In this document: positions 11,801 to 26,800 of the stretch, piece after piece
How positions within the stretch are numbered: position 1 is the first letter of the stretch
Layout of the letters: each line of letters begins with the position of its first letter
Assembly (NCBI GenBank): GCA_030390025.1
Contig: CM059432.1
Span: 8,742,001-8,806,000 of the forward strand
Length of the DNA stretch: 64,000 nt
Source: Squalus acanthias
Taxonomy: Eukaryota
Direction: 5' to 3'
Program-made: the position numbers and the translations under genes
The notes under the pieces: model-generated
Told to the model about the DNA's origin: nothing
Database searches by the model: none
What the model saw: the letters and a program-made list of their open reading frames with translations, nothing else

Positions 11801-14800
11801 GATGGGTGAATATTGAAGGTGGTGGATGGGGTGAATATTGAAGGTGGTGGATGGGTGAATATTGAAGGTGGTGGATGGGGTGAATATTGAAGGTGGTGGA
11901 TGGGTGAATATTGAAGGTGGTGGATGGGGTGAATATTGAAGGTGGTGGATGGGGTGAATATTGAAGGTGGTGGATGGGTGAATATTGAAGGTGGTGGATG
12001 GGAGTGAATATTGAAGGTGGTGGATGGGGTGAATATTGAAGGTGGTGGATGGGGTGAATATTGAAGGTGGTGGATGGGGTGAATATTGAAGGTGGTGGAT
12101 GGGGTGAATATTGAAGGTGGTGGATGGGTGAATATTGAAGGTGGTGGATGGAGTGAATATTGAAGGTGGTGGATGGGGTGAATATTGAAGGTGGTGGATG
12201 GGTGAATATTGAAGGTGGTGGATGGGGTGAATATTGAAGGTGGTGGATGGAGTGAATATTGAAGGTGGTGGATGGGAGTGAATATTGAAGGTGGTGGATG
12301 GGGTGAATATTGAAGGTGGTGGATGGAGTGAATATTGAAGGTGGTGGATGGGGTGAATATTGAAGGTGGTGGATGGGTGAATATTGAAGGTGGTGGATGG
12401 GGTGAATATTGAAGGTGGTGGATGGAGTGAATATTGAAGGTGGTGGATGGGGTGAATATTGAAGGTGGTGGATGGGTGAATATTGAAGGTGGTGGATGGA
12501 GTGAATATTGAAGGTGGTGGATGGAGTGAATATTGAAGGTGGTGGATGGGATGAATATTGAAGGTGGTGGATGGGGTGAATATTGAAGGTGGTGGATGGG
12601 ATGAAGTATTGAAGGTGGTGGATGAGTGGTGAATATTGAAGGTGGTGGGATTGGGTAAACTATTGAAGGTGGTGGATGGGCACAGTGAATATTGAAGGTG
12701 GTGGATGGGGTTGAATTACTTGAAGGTGGTGGATGGAGCCGTGAATACTGGAAGGTGGTGGATGGGATGAATTTTGCAAGGTGGTGGATGGGGTGAATAT
12801 GAAAGTGGTGGAGGGAGTGAAAATTGAAATGTGGGGATGGGTGTGAATATTGGAAGGTGGGCAGGGAAGTGAATATTGAAGGTTGGTGGATGGGGGGACT
12901 ATTGAAGGTGGTGGATGAGTGAATATTGAAGGGGGTGGATGAGGTGAATATTGACGTGGTGGATGGAGTGACTATTGAAGGTGGTGGATGGGTGTGAATA
13001 TTGAAGGAGGTGGATGGGGTGAATATTGAAGGTGTGGATTAGTTAATATTGAATGTGGTGTGGGGTGAATATTGAAGGTGCTGGATTGATAAATATGACG
13101 GTGGTGGATTGGGGTGAATATTGAAGGTGTGGATGGTGGTGAATATTGAAGGTGGTGGATGGGGTGAATATTGAAGGTGTGGATGGGAGTGAATATTGAA
13201 GGTGGTGGATGGGTGAATATTGAAGGTGGTGGATGGGTGAATATTGAAGGTGGTGGATGGGGTGAATATTGAAGGTGGTGGATGGGGTGAATATTGAAGG
13301 TGGTGGATGGAGTGAATATTGAAGGTGGTGGATGGGTGAATATTGAAGGTGGTGGATGGAGTGAATATTGAAGGTGGTGGATGGGGTGAATATTGAAGGT
13401 GGTGGAGGGAGTGAATATTGAAGGTGGTGGATGGGGTGAATATTGAAGGTGGTGGATGGGAGTGAATATTGAAGGTGGTGGATGGGGTGAATATTGAAGG
13501 TGGTGGATGGAGTGAATATTGAAGGTGGTGGATGGGGTGAATATTGAAGGTGGTGGATGGGGTGAATATTGAAGGTGGTGGATGGGTGAATATTGAAGGT
13601 GGTGGATGGGGTGAATATTGAAGGTGGTGGATGGGAGTGAATATTGAAGGTGGTGGATGGGGTGAATATTGAAGGTGGTGGATGGGAGTGAATATTGAAG
13701 GTGGTGGATGGGAGTGAATATTGAAGGTGGTGGATGGGGTGAATATTGAAGGTGGTGGATGGGTGTGAATATTGAAGGTGGTGGATGGAAGTGAATATTG
13801 AAGGTGGTGGATGGGGTGAATATTGAAGGTGGTGGATGGGTGAATATTGAAGGTGGTGGATGGGGTGAATATTGAAGGTGGTGGATGGGGTGAATATTGA
13901 GGGTGGTGGATGGTGGAGAGATATTGAAGGTGGTGGATGGGTGAATATTGAAGGTGATGGATGGGGTGAATATTGAAGGTGGTGGATGGGGTGATATTGA
14001 GGTGGTTGATTGACGTGAATATTGAAGGTGGTGATGGGGTGAATATTGAAGGTGGTGGATTGAGGTGAATGTTGAAGTTGGTGGATGGGGAGAATATCTG
14101 AAGGTAGATGGATGAGGTGTGAATATTGAAGGTGGTGGATGGGGTGAATATTGAAGGTGGAGGATGCGTTGAATAATTGAATGTGGTGGATGAGGGTGAA
14201 TATTGACGGTGGTGTATGGCGTGAATATTTGAAGGTGGTGGATGGAGGTGAATATTGAAGGTGGTGGATGGGTGAATATTGAAGGTGGTGGATGGGGTGA
14301 ATATTGAAGGTGGTGGATGGGTGAATATTGAAGGTGGTGGATGGAGTGAATATTGAAGGTGGTGGATGAGGTGAATATTGAAGGTGGTGGATGGAGTGAA
14401 TATTGAAGGTGGTGGATGGGGTGAATATTGAAGGTGGTGGATGGGGTGAATATTGAAGGTGGTGGATGGGGTGAATATTGAAGGTGGTGGATGGGGTGAA
14501 TATTGAAGGTGGTGGATGGAGTGAATATTGAAGGTGGTGGATGAGGTGAATATTGAAGGTGGTGGATGGAGTGAATATTGAAGGTGGTGGATGGAGTGAA
14601 TATTGAAGGTGGTGGATGGGTGAATATTGAAGGTGGTGGATGGGTGAATATTGAAGGTGGTGGATGGGTGAATATTGAAGGTGGTGGATGGGTGAATATT
14701 GAAGGTGGTGGATGAGGTGAATATTGAAGGTGGTGGATGGGGTGAATATTGAAGGTGGTGGATGAGGTGAATATTGAAGGTGGTGGATGGGGTGAATATT

Positions 14801-17800
14801 GAAGGTGGTGGATGGGAGTGAATATTGAAGGTGGTGGATGGGAGTGAATATTGAAGGTGGTGGATGAGGTGTGAATATTGAAGTGGTGGATGGGGTGAAT
14901 ATAGAAGTAGGTGGATGGAGTGAATATTGAAGGTGGTGGATGGGGGTGAATATTGAGAGGTGGCTGGACTGGAGTGTGAATATTGAAGGTGGAGGATGGG
15001 GTGAATATGAAGGTGGTGGATGGAGATGAATATCTGAAGGAGGTGGATGTGAGTGAATATTGAAGGTGTGGATGGGGTGAATATTGAAGTGGTGGATGGA
15101 GTGAATATTGAAGGTGGTGGATGAGGTGAATATTGAAGGTGGTGGAGGGTGTGATATTGAAGGTGGTGGATGGGGTGAATATTGAAGGTGGTGGATGGAG
15201 GTGAATATTGAGGTGGTGGATGGGGGAATATTGAAGGTGGTGGATGGGAGTGAATATTGAAGGTGGTGGATGGAGTGAATATTGAAGGTGGTGGATGGGG
15301 TGAATATTGAAGGTGGTGGATGGGGTGAATATTGAAGGTGGTGGATGGGGTGAATATTGAAGGTGGTGGATGGGGTGAATATTGAAGGTGGTGGATGGGG
15401 TGAATATTGAAGGTGGTGGATGAGGTGAATATTGAAGGTGGTGGATGGGTGAATATTGAAGGTGGTGGATGGGGTGAATATTGAAGGTGGTGGATGGAGT
15501 GAATATTGAAGGTGGTGGATGGGTGAATATTGAAGGTGGTGGATGGAGTGAATATTGAAGGTGGTGGATGGGGTGAATATTGAAGGTGGTGGATGGAGTG
15601 AATATTGAAAGTGGTGGATGGGGTGAATATTGAAGGTGGTGGATGAGGTGAATATTGAAGGTGGTGGATGGGAGTGAATATTGAAGGTGGTGGATGGGTG
15701 AATATTGAAGGTGGTGGATGGGTGAATATTGAAGGTGGTGGATGGGGTGAATATTGAAGGTGGTGGATGGAGTGAATATTGAAGGTGGTGGATGGAGTGA
15801 ATATTGAAGGTGGTGGATGGAGTGAATATTGAAGGTGGTGGATGGGTGAATATTGAAGGTGGTGGATGGGGTGAATATTGAAGGTGGTGGATGGGGTGAA
15901 TATTGAAGGTGGTGGATGGGGTGAATATTGAAGGTGGTGGATGGGGTGAATATTGAAGGTGGTGGATGGGGTGAATATTGAAGGTGGTGGATGGGGTGAA
16001 TATTGAAGGTGGTGGATGGGGTGAATATTGAAGGTGGTGGATGGGTGAATATTGAAGGTGGTGGATGGAGTGAATATTGAAGGTGGTGGATGAGGTGAAT
16101 ATTGAAGGTGGTGGATGGAGTGAATATTGAAGGTGGTGGATGGGGTGAATATTGAAGGTGGTGGATGGGGTGAATATTGAAGGTGGTGGATGGGGTGAAT
16201 ATTGAAGGTGGTGGATGGGTGAATATTGAAGGTGGTGGATGGGGTGAATATTGAAGGTGGTGGATGGAGTGAATATTGAAGGTGGTGGATGGGGTGAATA
16301 TTGAAGGTGGTGGATGGGGTGAATATTGAAGGTGGTGGATGAGGTGAATATTGAAGGTGTGGATGAGTGATATGAGTGGTGGATGGTGAATATTGAAGGT
16401 GGTGGATGGGGTGAATATTAAGGTGGTGGATGGGGTGAATATTGAAGGTGGTGGATGGGTGAATATTGAAGGTGGTGGATGGGTGAATATTGAAGGTGGT
16501 GGATGGGAGTGAATATTGAAGGTGGTGATGGGGTGAATATTGAAGGTGTGGATGGGGTGAATATTGAAGGTGGTGGATGGGGTGAATATTGAAGGTGGTG
16601 GATTGGAGTGAATATTGAAGGTGGTGGATGAGGTGAATATTGAAGGTGGTGGATGGAGTGAATATTGAAGGTGGTGGATGGGTGAATATTGAAGGTGGTG
16701 GATGGGGTGAATATTGAAGGTGGTGGATGGGGTGAATATTGAAGTGGTGGATGGGAGTGAATATTGAAGGTGGTGGATGGGAGTGAATATTGAAGGTGGT
16801 GGATGGAGGTGAATATTGAAGGTGGTGGATGGGGTGAATATTGAAGGTGGTGGATGGGTGAATATTGAAGGTGGTGGATGGGTGAATATTGAAGGTGGTG
16901 GATGGGTGAATATTGAAGGTGGTGGATGGTGAATATTGAAGGTGGTGGATGGGGTGAATATTGAAGGTGTTGGATTGAGTGAATATTGAAGGTGGTGGAG
17001 GGTTGAATATTGAAGGTGTGGATGGAGTGAATATTGAAGTGGTGGATGGGGTGAATATTGAAGGTGTGGATGGGGTGAATATTGAAGGTGGTGGATGGGT
17101 GAATATTGAAGGTGGTGGATGGGTGAATATTGAAGGTGGTGGATGGGAGTGAATATTGAAGGTGGTGGATGGGGTGAATATTGAAGGTGGTGGATGGAGT
17201 GAATATTGAAGGTGGTGGATGGGTGAATATTGAAGGTGGTGGATGGGTGAATATTGAAGGTGGTGGATGGGGTGAATATTGAAGGTGGTGGATGGGGTGA
17301 ATATTGAAGGTGGTGGATGGGTGAATATTGAAGGTGGTGGATGGAGTGAATATTGAAGGTGGTGGATGGAGTGAATATTGAAGGTGGTGGATGGGTGAAT
17401 ATTGAAGGTGGTGGATGGGGTGAATATTGAAGGTGGTGGATGGGTGAATATTGAAGGTGGTGGATGGGGTGAATATTGAAGGTGGTGGATGGGGTGAATA
17501 TTGAAGGTGGTGGATGGGGTGAATATTGAAGGTGGTGGATGGGGTGAATATTGAAGGTGGTGGATGGGTGAATATTGAAGGTGGTGGATGAGGTGAATAT
17601 TGAAGGTGGTGGATGGGGTGAATATTGAAGGTGGTGGATGGGGTGAATATTGAAGGTGGTGGATGGGTGAATATTGAAGGTGGTGGATGGAGTGAATATT
17701 GAAGGTGGTGGATGAGGTGAATATTGAAGGTGGTGGATGGAGTGAATATTGAAGGTGGTGGATGGGGTGAATATTGAAGGTGGTGGATGGAGTGAATATT

Positions 17801-20800
17801 GAAGGTGGTGGATGGGTGAATATTGAAGGTGGTGGATGGGGTGAATATTGAAGGTGGTGGATGGGTGAATATTGAAGGTGGTGGATGGGGTGAATATTGA
17901 AGGTGGTGGATGGAGTGAATATTGAAGGTGGTGGATGAGGTGATATTGAAGGTGGTGGATGGAGTGAATATTGAAGGTGGTGGATGGGGTGAATATTGAA
18001 GTGGTGGATGGAGTGAATATTGAAGGTGGTGGATGGGGTGAATATTGAAGGTGGTGGATGAGGTGAATATTGAAGTGGTGGATGGGGTGAATATTAAAGG
18101 TGGTGGAAGGAGTGAATATTGAAAGGTGGTGGATGAGGTGACTATTGAAGATGGTGGATGGAGGTGAATATGAGGTGGTGGATGGGATGAATATTGAAGG
18201 TGGTGGATGGAGTGAATATTGAAGGTGGTGGATGGGGTGAATATGAAGGTGGTGGATGGGTGAATATTGAAGGTGGTGGATGGGGTGAATATTGAAGGTG
18301 GTGGATGGGGTGAATATTGAAGGTGGTGGATGGGCTGAATATTGAAGGTGGTGGATGGGGTGAATATTGAAGGTGGTGGATGGAGTGAATATTGAAGGTG
18401 GTGGATGGGGTGAATATTGACGGTGGTGAATGGGTGAACTATTGAAGGTGGTGAGGGAGTGAATATTGAAGGTGGTGGATGGGTGAATATTGAAGGTGGT
18501 GGATGGGGTGAATATTGAAGGTGGTGGATGGAGTGAATATTGAAGGTGGTGGATGGGGTGAATATTGAAGGTGGTGGATGGAGTGAATATTAAAGGTGGT
18601 GGATGGGGTGATATTGAGGTGGTGGATGTGGTGAATATTGAAGGTGGTGGATGTGGTGAATATTGAAGGTGGTGGATGGATTGAATATTGAAGGTGTTGG
18701 ATGGAGTGAATATTGAAGGTGGTGGATGGGTGAATATTGAAGGGTGGTGGATGGGGTGAATATTGAAGGTGGTGGATGGGTGAATATTGAAGGTGGTGGA
18801 TGGGTGAATATTGAAGTGGTGGATGGGTGAATATTGAAGGTGGTGATGGAGTGAATATTGAAGGTGGTGGATGGATGAATATTGAAGAGGTGGATGGAGG
18901 AGATATTGAAGGTGGTGGATGGGGTGAATATGAAGGTGGTGGATGGGTGAATATTGAAGGTGGAGGATGGGGTGAATATCGAAGGTGGTGGATGGGGTGA
19001 TAATGAAGGTGGATGGAATTGAGGAAGTGTGAATATTGAAGGTGGTGGATGGGCGTGAATATTGAAGGTGGTGGATGGAGTGAATATTGAAGGTGGTGGA
19101 TGGAGTGAATATTGAAGGTGGTGGATGGGGTGAATATTGAAGGTGGTGGATGGGTGAATATTGAAGGTGGTGGATGGGGTGAATATTGAAGGTGGTGGAT
19201 GGGTGAATATTGAAGGTGGTGGATGGGGTGAATATTGAAGGTGGTGGATGGGGTGAATATTGAAGGTGGTGGATGGGGTGTGAATATTGAAGTGGTGGAT
19301 GAGTGAATATGAAGGTGGTGGATTGGGTGAATATTGAAGGTGTTGGATTGAGTGAATATTGAAGGTGGTGGATGGGGTGAATATTGAAGGTGGTGGATGG
19401 GGTGAATATTGAAGGTGGTGGATGAGGTGAATATTGAAGGTGGTGGATGGGTGAATATTGAAGGTGGTGGATGGGGTGAATATTGAAGGTGGTGGATGAG
19501 GTGAATATTGAAGGTGGTGGATGAGGTGAATATTGAAGGTGGTGGATGTGGTGAATATTGAAGGTGTGAATTGAGTGAATATTGAAGGTGGTGGATGGGG
19601 TGAATATTGAAGGTGTTGGATTGAGTGAATATTGAAGGTGGTGGATGGGGTGAATATTGAAGGTGGTGGATGAGGTGAATATTGAAGGTGGTGGATGGGG
19701 TGAATATTGAAGGTGGTGGATGGGGTGAATATTGAAGGTGGTGGATGGGTGAATATTGAAGGTGGTGGATGGGTGAATATTGAAGGTGGTGGATGGGGTG
19801 AATATTGAAGGTGGTGGATGGGGTGAATATTGAAGGTGGTGGATGGGGTGAATATTGAAGGTGGTGGATGGGGTGAATATTGAAGGTGGTGGATGGGGTG
19901 AATATTGAAGGTGGTGGATGGGGTGAATATTGAAGGTGGTGGATGGGGTGAATATTGAAGGTGGTGGATGGAGTGAATATTGAAGGTGGTGGATGGGGTG
20001 AATATTGAAGGTGGTGGATGGGTGAATATTGAAGGTGGTGGATGGGGTGAATATTGAAGGTGGTGGATGGAGTGAATATTGAAGGTGGTGGATGGGGTGA
20101 ATATTGAAGGTGGTGGATGGAGTGAATATTGAAGGTGGTGGATGGGGTGAATATTGAAGGTGGTGGATGGAGTGAATATTGAAGGTGGTGGATGGGGTGA
20201 ATATTGAAGGTGGTGGATGGGAGTGAATATTGAAGGTGGTGGATGGGGTGAATATTGAAGGTGGTGGATGAGGTGAATATTGAAGGTGGTGGATGGGGTG
20301 AATATTGAAGGTGGTGGATGGGGTGAATATTGAAGGTGGTGGATGGGAGTGAATATTGAAGGTGGTGGATGGGTTGAATATTGAAGGTGGTGGATGGGGT
20401 GAATATTGAAGGTGGTGGATGGGTGAATATTGAAGGTGGTGGATGGGGTGAATATTGAAGGTGGTGGATGGGTGAATATTGAAGGTGGTGGATGGGTGAA
20501 TATTGAAGGTGGTGGATGGGGTGAATATTGAAGGTGGTGGATGGGGTGAATATTGAAGGTGGTGGATGGAGTGAATATTGAAGGTGGTGGATGGGTGAAT
20601 ATTGAAGGTGGTGGATGGAGTGAATATTGAAGTTGGTGGATGGGTGAATATTGAAGGTGGTGGATGGGGTGAATATTGAAGGTGGTGGATGGGTGAATAT
20701 TGAAGGTGGTGGATGGGTGAATATTGAAGGTGGTGGATGGGGTGAATATTGAAGGTGGTGGATGGGTGAATATTGAAGGTGGTGGATGGGGTGAATATTG

Positions 20801-23800
20801 AAGGTGGTGGATGGGGTGAATATTGAAGGTGGTGGATGGGTGAATATTGAAGGTGGTGGATGGGGTGAATATTGAAGGTGGTGGATGGGGTGAATATTGA
20901 AGGTGGTGGATGGGGTGAATATTGAAGGTGGTGGATGGGGTGAATATTGAAGGTGGTGGATGGAGTGAATATTGAAGGTGGTGGATGGGGTGAATATTGA
21001 AGGTGGTGGATGGGTGAATATTGAAGGTGGTGGATGGAGTGAATATTGAAGGTGGTGGATGGGGTGAATATTGAAGGTGGTGGATGGGGTGAATATTGAA
21101 GGTGGTGGATGGGGTGAATATTGAAGGTGGTGGATGGGGTGAATATTGAAGGTGGTGGATGGAGTGAATATTGAAGGTGGTGGATGGGTGAATATTGAAG
21201 GTGGTGGATGGGTGAATATTGAAGGTGGTGGATGGGGTGAATATTGAAGGTGGTGGATGGAGTGAATATTGAAGGTGGTGGATGGGGTGAATATTGAAGG
21301 TGGTGGATGAGGTGAATATTGAAGGTGGTGGATGGGGTGAATATTGAAGGTGGTGGATGGGTGAATATTGAAGGTGGTGGATGGGTGAATATTGAAGGTG
21401 GTGGATGGGTGAATATTGAAGGTGGTGGATGGGGTGAATATTGAAGGTGGTGGATGGGTGAATATTGAAGGTGGTGGATGGAGTGAATATTGAAGGTGGT
21501 GGATGGGGTGAATATTGAAGGTGGTGGATGGGAGTGAATATTGAAGGTGGTGGATGGGGTGAATATTGAAGGTGGTGGATGGGTGAATATTGAAGGTGGT
21601 GGATGGGGTGAATATTGAAGGTGGTGGATGGGGTGAATATTGAAGGTGGTGGATGGGGTGAATATTGAAGGTGGTGGATGGGGTGAATATTGAAGGTGGT
21701 GGATGGAGTGAATATTGAAGGTGGTGGATGGAGTGAATATTGAAGGTGGTGGATGGGGTGAATATTGAAGGTGGTGGATGGGAGTGAATATTGAAGGTGG
21801 TGGATGAGGTGAATATTGAAGGTGGTGGATGGAGGTGAATATTGAAGGTGGTGGATGGGGTGAATATTGAAGGTGGTGGATGGGGTGAATATTGAAGGTG
21901 GTGGATGGGATGAATATTGAAGGTGGTGGATGGGGTGAATATTGAAGGTGGTGGATGGAGTGAATATTGAAGGTGGTGGATGGGAGTGAATATTGAAGGT
22001 GGTGGATGGGTGAATATTGAAGGTGGTGGATGGGGTGAATATTGAAGGTGGTGGATGGGTGAATATTGAAGGTGGTGGATGGGGTGAATATTGAAGGTGG
22101 TGGATGGGGTGAATATTGAAGGTGGTGGATGGAGTGAATATTGAAGGTGGTGGATGGGTGAATATTGAAGGTGGTGGATGGGTGAATATTGAAGGTGGTG
22201 GATGGAGTGAATATTGAAGGTGGTGGATGGGGTGAATATTGAAGGTGGTGGATGGAGTGAATATTGAAGGTGGTGGATGGGTGAATATTGAAGGTGGTGG
22301 ATGGAGTGAATATTGAAGGTGGTGGATGGGGTGAATATTGAAGGTGGTGGATGGGTTGAATATTGAAGGTGGTGGATGGGGTGAATATTGAAGGTGGTGG
22401 ATGGGGTGAATATTGAAGGATGGAGTGAATATTGAAGGTGGTGGATGGGTGAATATTGAAGGTGGTGGATGGGGTGAATATTGAAGGTGGTGGATGGGGT
22501 GAATATTGAAGGTGGTGGATGGGGTGAATATTGAAGGTGGTGGATGGGGTGAATATTGAAGGTGGTGGATGGGTGAATATTGAAGGTGGTGGATGAGGTG
22601 AATATTGAAGGTGGTGGATGGGTGAATATTGAAGGTGGTGGATGGGGTGAATATTGAAGGTGGTGGATGGAGTGAATATTGAAGGTGGTGGATGGGGTGA
22701 ATATTGAAGGTGGTGGATGGAGTGAATATTGAAGGTGGTGGATGGGGTGAATATTGAAGGTGGTGGATGGGGTGAATATTGAAGGTGGTGGATGGGGTGA
22801 ATATTGAAGGTGGTGGATGGAGTGAATATTGAAGGTGGTGGATGGGTGAATATTGAAGGTGGTGGATGGAGTGAATATTGAAGGTGGTGGATGGGGTGAA
22901 TATTGAAGGTGGTGGATGGGTGAATATTGAAGGTGGTGGATGGGGTGAATATTGAAGGTGGTGGATGGGTGAATATTGAAGGTGGTGGATGTGGTGAATA
23001 TTGAAGGTGGTGGATGGGGTGAATATTGAAGGTGGTGGATGGGGTGAATATTGAAGGTGGTGGATGGGGTGAATATTGAAGGTGGTGGATGGGTGAATAT
23101 TGAAGGTGGTGGATGGGGTGAATATTGAAGGTGGTGGATGGGAGTGAATATTGAAGGTGGTGGATGGGGTGAATATTGAAGGTGGTGGATGGGGTGAATA
23201 TTGAAGGTGGTGGATGGGGTGAATATTGAAGGTGGTGGATGGGGTGAATATTGAAGGTGGTGGATGGGTGAATATTGAAGGTGGTGGATGGGGTGAATAT
23301 TGAAGGTGGTGGATGGGTGAATATTGAAGGTGTATGGAATGGTGATTGAATATTGAAGGTGGTGGATGGAGTGAATATTGAAGGTGGTGGATGGGGTGAA
23401 TATTGAAGGTGGTGGATGGGGTGAATATTGAAGGTGGTGGATGGGGTGAATATTGAAGGTGGTGGATGGAGTGAATATTGAAGTGGTGGATGGGGTGAAT
23501 ATTGAAGGTGGTGGAGGGGTGAATATTGAAGGTGGTGGATGGGGTGAATATTGAAGGTGGTGGAGGGAGTGAATATTGAAGGTGGTGGATGGGGTGAATA
23601 TTGAAGGTGGTGGATGGGAGTGAATATTGAAGGTGGTGGATGGGGTGAATATTGAAGGTGGTGGATGAGGTGAATATTGAAGGTGGTGGATGGGGTGAAT
23701 ATTGAAGGTGGTGGATGGGTGAATATTGAAGGTGGTGGATGGGGTGAATATTGAAGGTGGTGGATGGGTGAATATTGAAGGTGGTGGATGGGTGAATATT

Positions 23801-26800
23801 GAAGGTGGTGGATGGGGTGAATATTGAAGGTGGTGGATGGGGTGAATATTGAAGGTGGTGGATGGGGTGAATATTGAAGGTGGTGGATGGAGTGAATATT
23901 GAAGGTGGTGGATGAGGTGAATATTGAAGGTGGTGGATGGAGTGAATATTGAAGGTGGTGGATGGGATGAATATTGAAGGTGGTGGATGGGGTGAATATT
24001 GAAGGTGGTGGATGGGGTGAATATTGAAGGTGGTGGATGGGGTGAATATTGAAGGTGGTGGATGAGGTGAATATTGAAGGTGGTGGATGGGTGAATATTG
24101 AAGGTGGTGGATGGAGGTGAATATTGAAGGTGGTGGATGGGGTGAATATTGAAGGTGGTGGATGGGGTGAATATTGAAGGTGGTGGATGGGGTGAATATT
24201 GAAGGTGGTGGATGGGGTGAATATTGAAGGTGGTGGATGGGTGAATATTGAAGGTGGTGGATGGGGTGAATATTGAAGGTGGTGGATGGGTGAATATTGA
24301 AGGTGGTGGATGGAGTGAATATTGAAGGTGGTGGATGGGTGAATATTGAAGGTGGTGGATGAGGTGAATATTGAAGGTGGTGGATGGGGTGAAAATTGAA
24401 GGTGGTGGATGGGGTGAATATTGAAGGTGGTGGATGGGGTGAATATTGAAGGTGGTGGATGGAGTGAATATTGAAGGTGGTGGATGGGTGAATATTGAAG
24501 GTGGTGGATGGGGTGAATATTGAAGGTGGTGGATGGGGTGAATATTGAAGGTGGTGGATGGGGTGAATATTGAAGGTGGTGGATGGGGTGAATATTGAAG
24601 GTGGTGGATGGAGTGAATATTGAAGGTGGTGGATGGGGTGAATATTGAAGGTGGTGGATGGGTGAATATTGAAGGTGGTGGATGGAGTGAATATTGAAGG
24701 TGGTGGATGGGTGAATATTGAAGGTGGTGGATGGGGTGAATATTGAAGGTGGTGGATGGGGTGAATATTGAAGGTGGTGGATGGGGTGAATATTGAAGGT
24801 GGTGGATGGGGTGAATATTGAAGGTGGTGGATGGGGTGAATATTGAAGGTGGTGGATGGGGTGAATATTGAAGGTGGTGGATGGGTGAATATTGAAGGTG
24901 GTGGATGGGTGAATATTGAAGGTGGTGGATGGGGTGAATATTGAAGGTGGTGGATGGGTGAATATTGAAGGTGGTGGATGGGGTGAATATTGAAGGTGGT
25001 GGATGGGTGAATATTGAAGGTGGTGGATGGGGTGAATATTGAAGGTGGTGGATGGGGTGAATATTGAAGGTGGTGGATGGGGTGAATATTGAAGGTGGTG
25101 GATGGGTGAATATTGAAGGTGGTGGATGGGGTGAATATTGAAGGTGGTGGATGGGGTGAATATTGAAGGTGGTGGATGGGGTGAATATTGAAGGTGGTGG
25201 ATGGGGTGAATATTGAAGGTGGTGGATGGGGTGAATATTGAAGGTGGTGGATGGGTGAATATTGAAGGTGGTGGATGGGGTGAATATTGAAGGTGGTGGA
25301 TGGGGTGAATATTGAAGGTGGTGGATGGAGTGAATATTGAAGGTGGTGGATGGGGTGAATATTGAAGGTGGTGGATGGGGTGAATATTGAAGGTGGTGGA
25401 TGGGGTGAATATTGAAGGTGGTGGATGGGGTGAATATTGAAGGTGGTGGATGGAGTGAATATTGAAGGTGGTGGATGGGGTGAATATTGAAGGTGGTGGA
25501 TGGGGTGAATATTGAAGGTGGTGGATGGGGTGAATATTGAAGGTGGTGGATGGGGTGAATATTGAAGGTGGTGGATGAGGTGAATATTGAAGGTGGTGGA
25601 TGGAGTGAAAATTGAAGGTGGTGGATGGGGTGAATATTGAAGGTGGTGGATGGGGTGAATATGAAGGTGTGGATGGGTGAATATTGAAGGTGGTGGATGG
25701 GGTGAATATTGAAGGTGGTGGATGAGGTGAATATTGAAGGTGGTGGATGGGAGTGAATATTGAAGGTGGTGGATGGGAGTGACTATTGAAGGTGGTGGAT
25801 GGGGTGAATATTGAAGGTGGTGGATGAGGTGAATATTGAAGGTGGTGGATGGGGTGAAAATTAAGGTGATGGATGGGGTGAATATTGAAGGTGGTGGATG
25901 GGGTGAATATTGAAGGTGGTGGATGGGAGTGAATATTGAAGGTGGTGGATGGGTGAATATTGAAGGTGGTGGATGAGGTGAATATTGAAGGTGGTGGATG
26001 GAGTGAATATTGAAGGTGGTGGATGGGGTGAATATTGAAGGTGGTGGATGGGGTGAATATTGAAGGTGGTGGATGGGAGTGAATATTGAAGGTGGTGGAA
26101 TGGGAGAGAATATTGAAGGTGGTGGATGGGGTGAATATTGAAGGTGGTGGATGGGTGAATATTGAAGGTGGTGGATGAGTGAATATTGAAGGTGGTGGAT
26201 GGGTGAATATTGAAGGTGGTGGATGGGGTGAATATTGAAGGTGGTGGATGGAGTGAATATTGAAGGTGGTGGATGAGTGAATATTGAAGTGATGTTGAAT
26301 ATTGAAGGTGGTGGATGGGTGAATATTGAAGGTGGTGGATGGGTGAATATTGAACGTGGTGGATGGGGTGAATATTGAAGGTGGTGGATGGGAGTGAATA
26401 TTGAAGGTGGTGGATGAGGTGAATATTGAAGGTGGTGGATGGGGTGATATTGAAGGTGGTGGATGGGGTGAATATTGAAGGTGGTGGATGGGGTGAATAT
26501 TGAAGGTGTGGATGGGGTGAATATTGAAGGTGGTGGATGGGATGAATATTGAAGGTGGTGGATGGAGTGAATATTGAAGGTGGTGGATGGAGTGAATATT
26601 GAAGGTGGTGGATGGAGTGAATATTTGAAGGTGGTGGATGGGGGTGAATATTGAAGGTGTTGGATGGGTGAATATTGAAGGTGGTGGTGAATATTGAAGG
26701 TGGTGGATGGGTGAATATTGAAGGTGGTGGATGGGGTGAATATTGAAGGTGGTGGATGGGGTGAATATTGAAGGTGGTGGATGGGGTGAATATTGAAGGT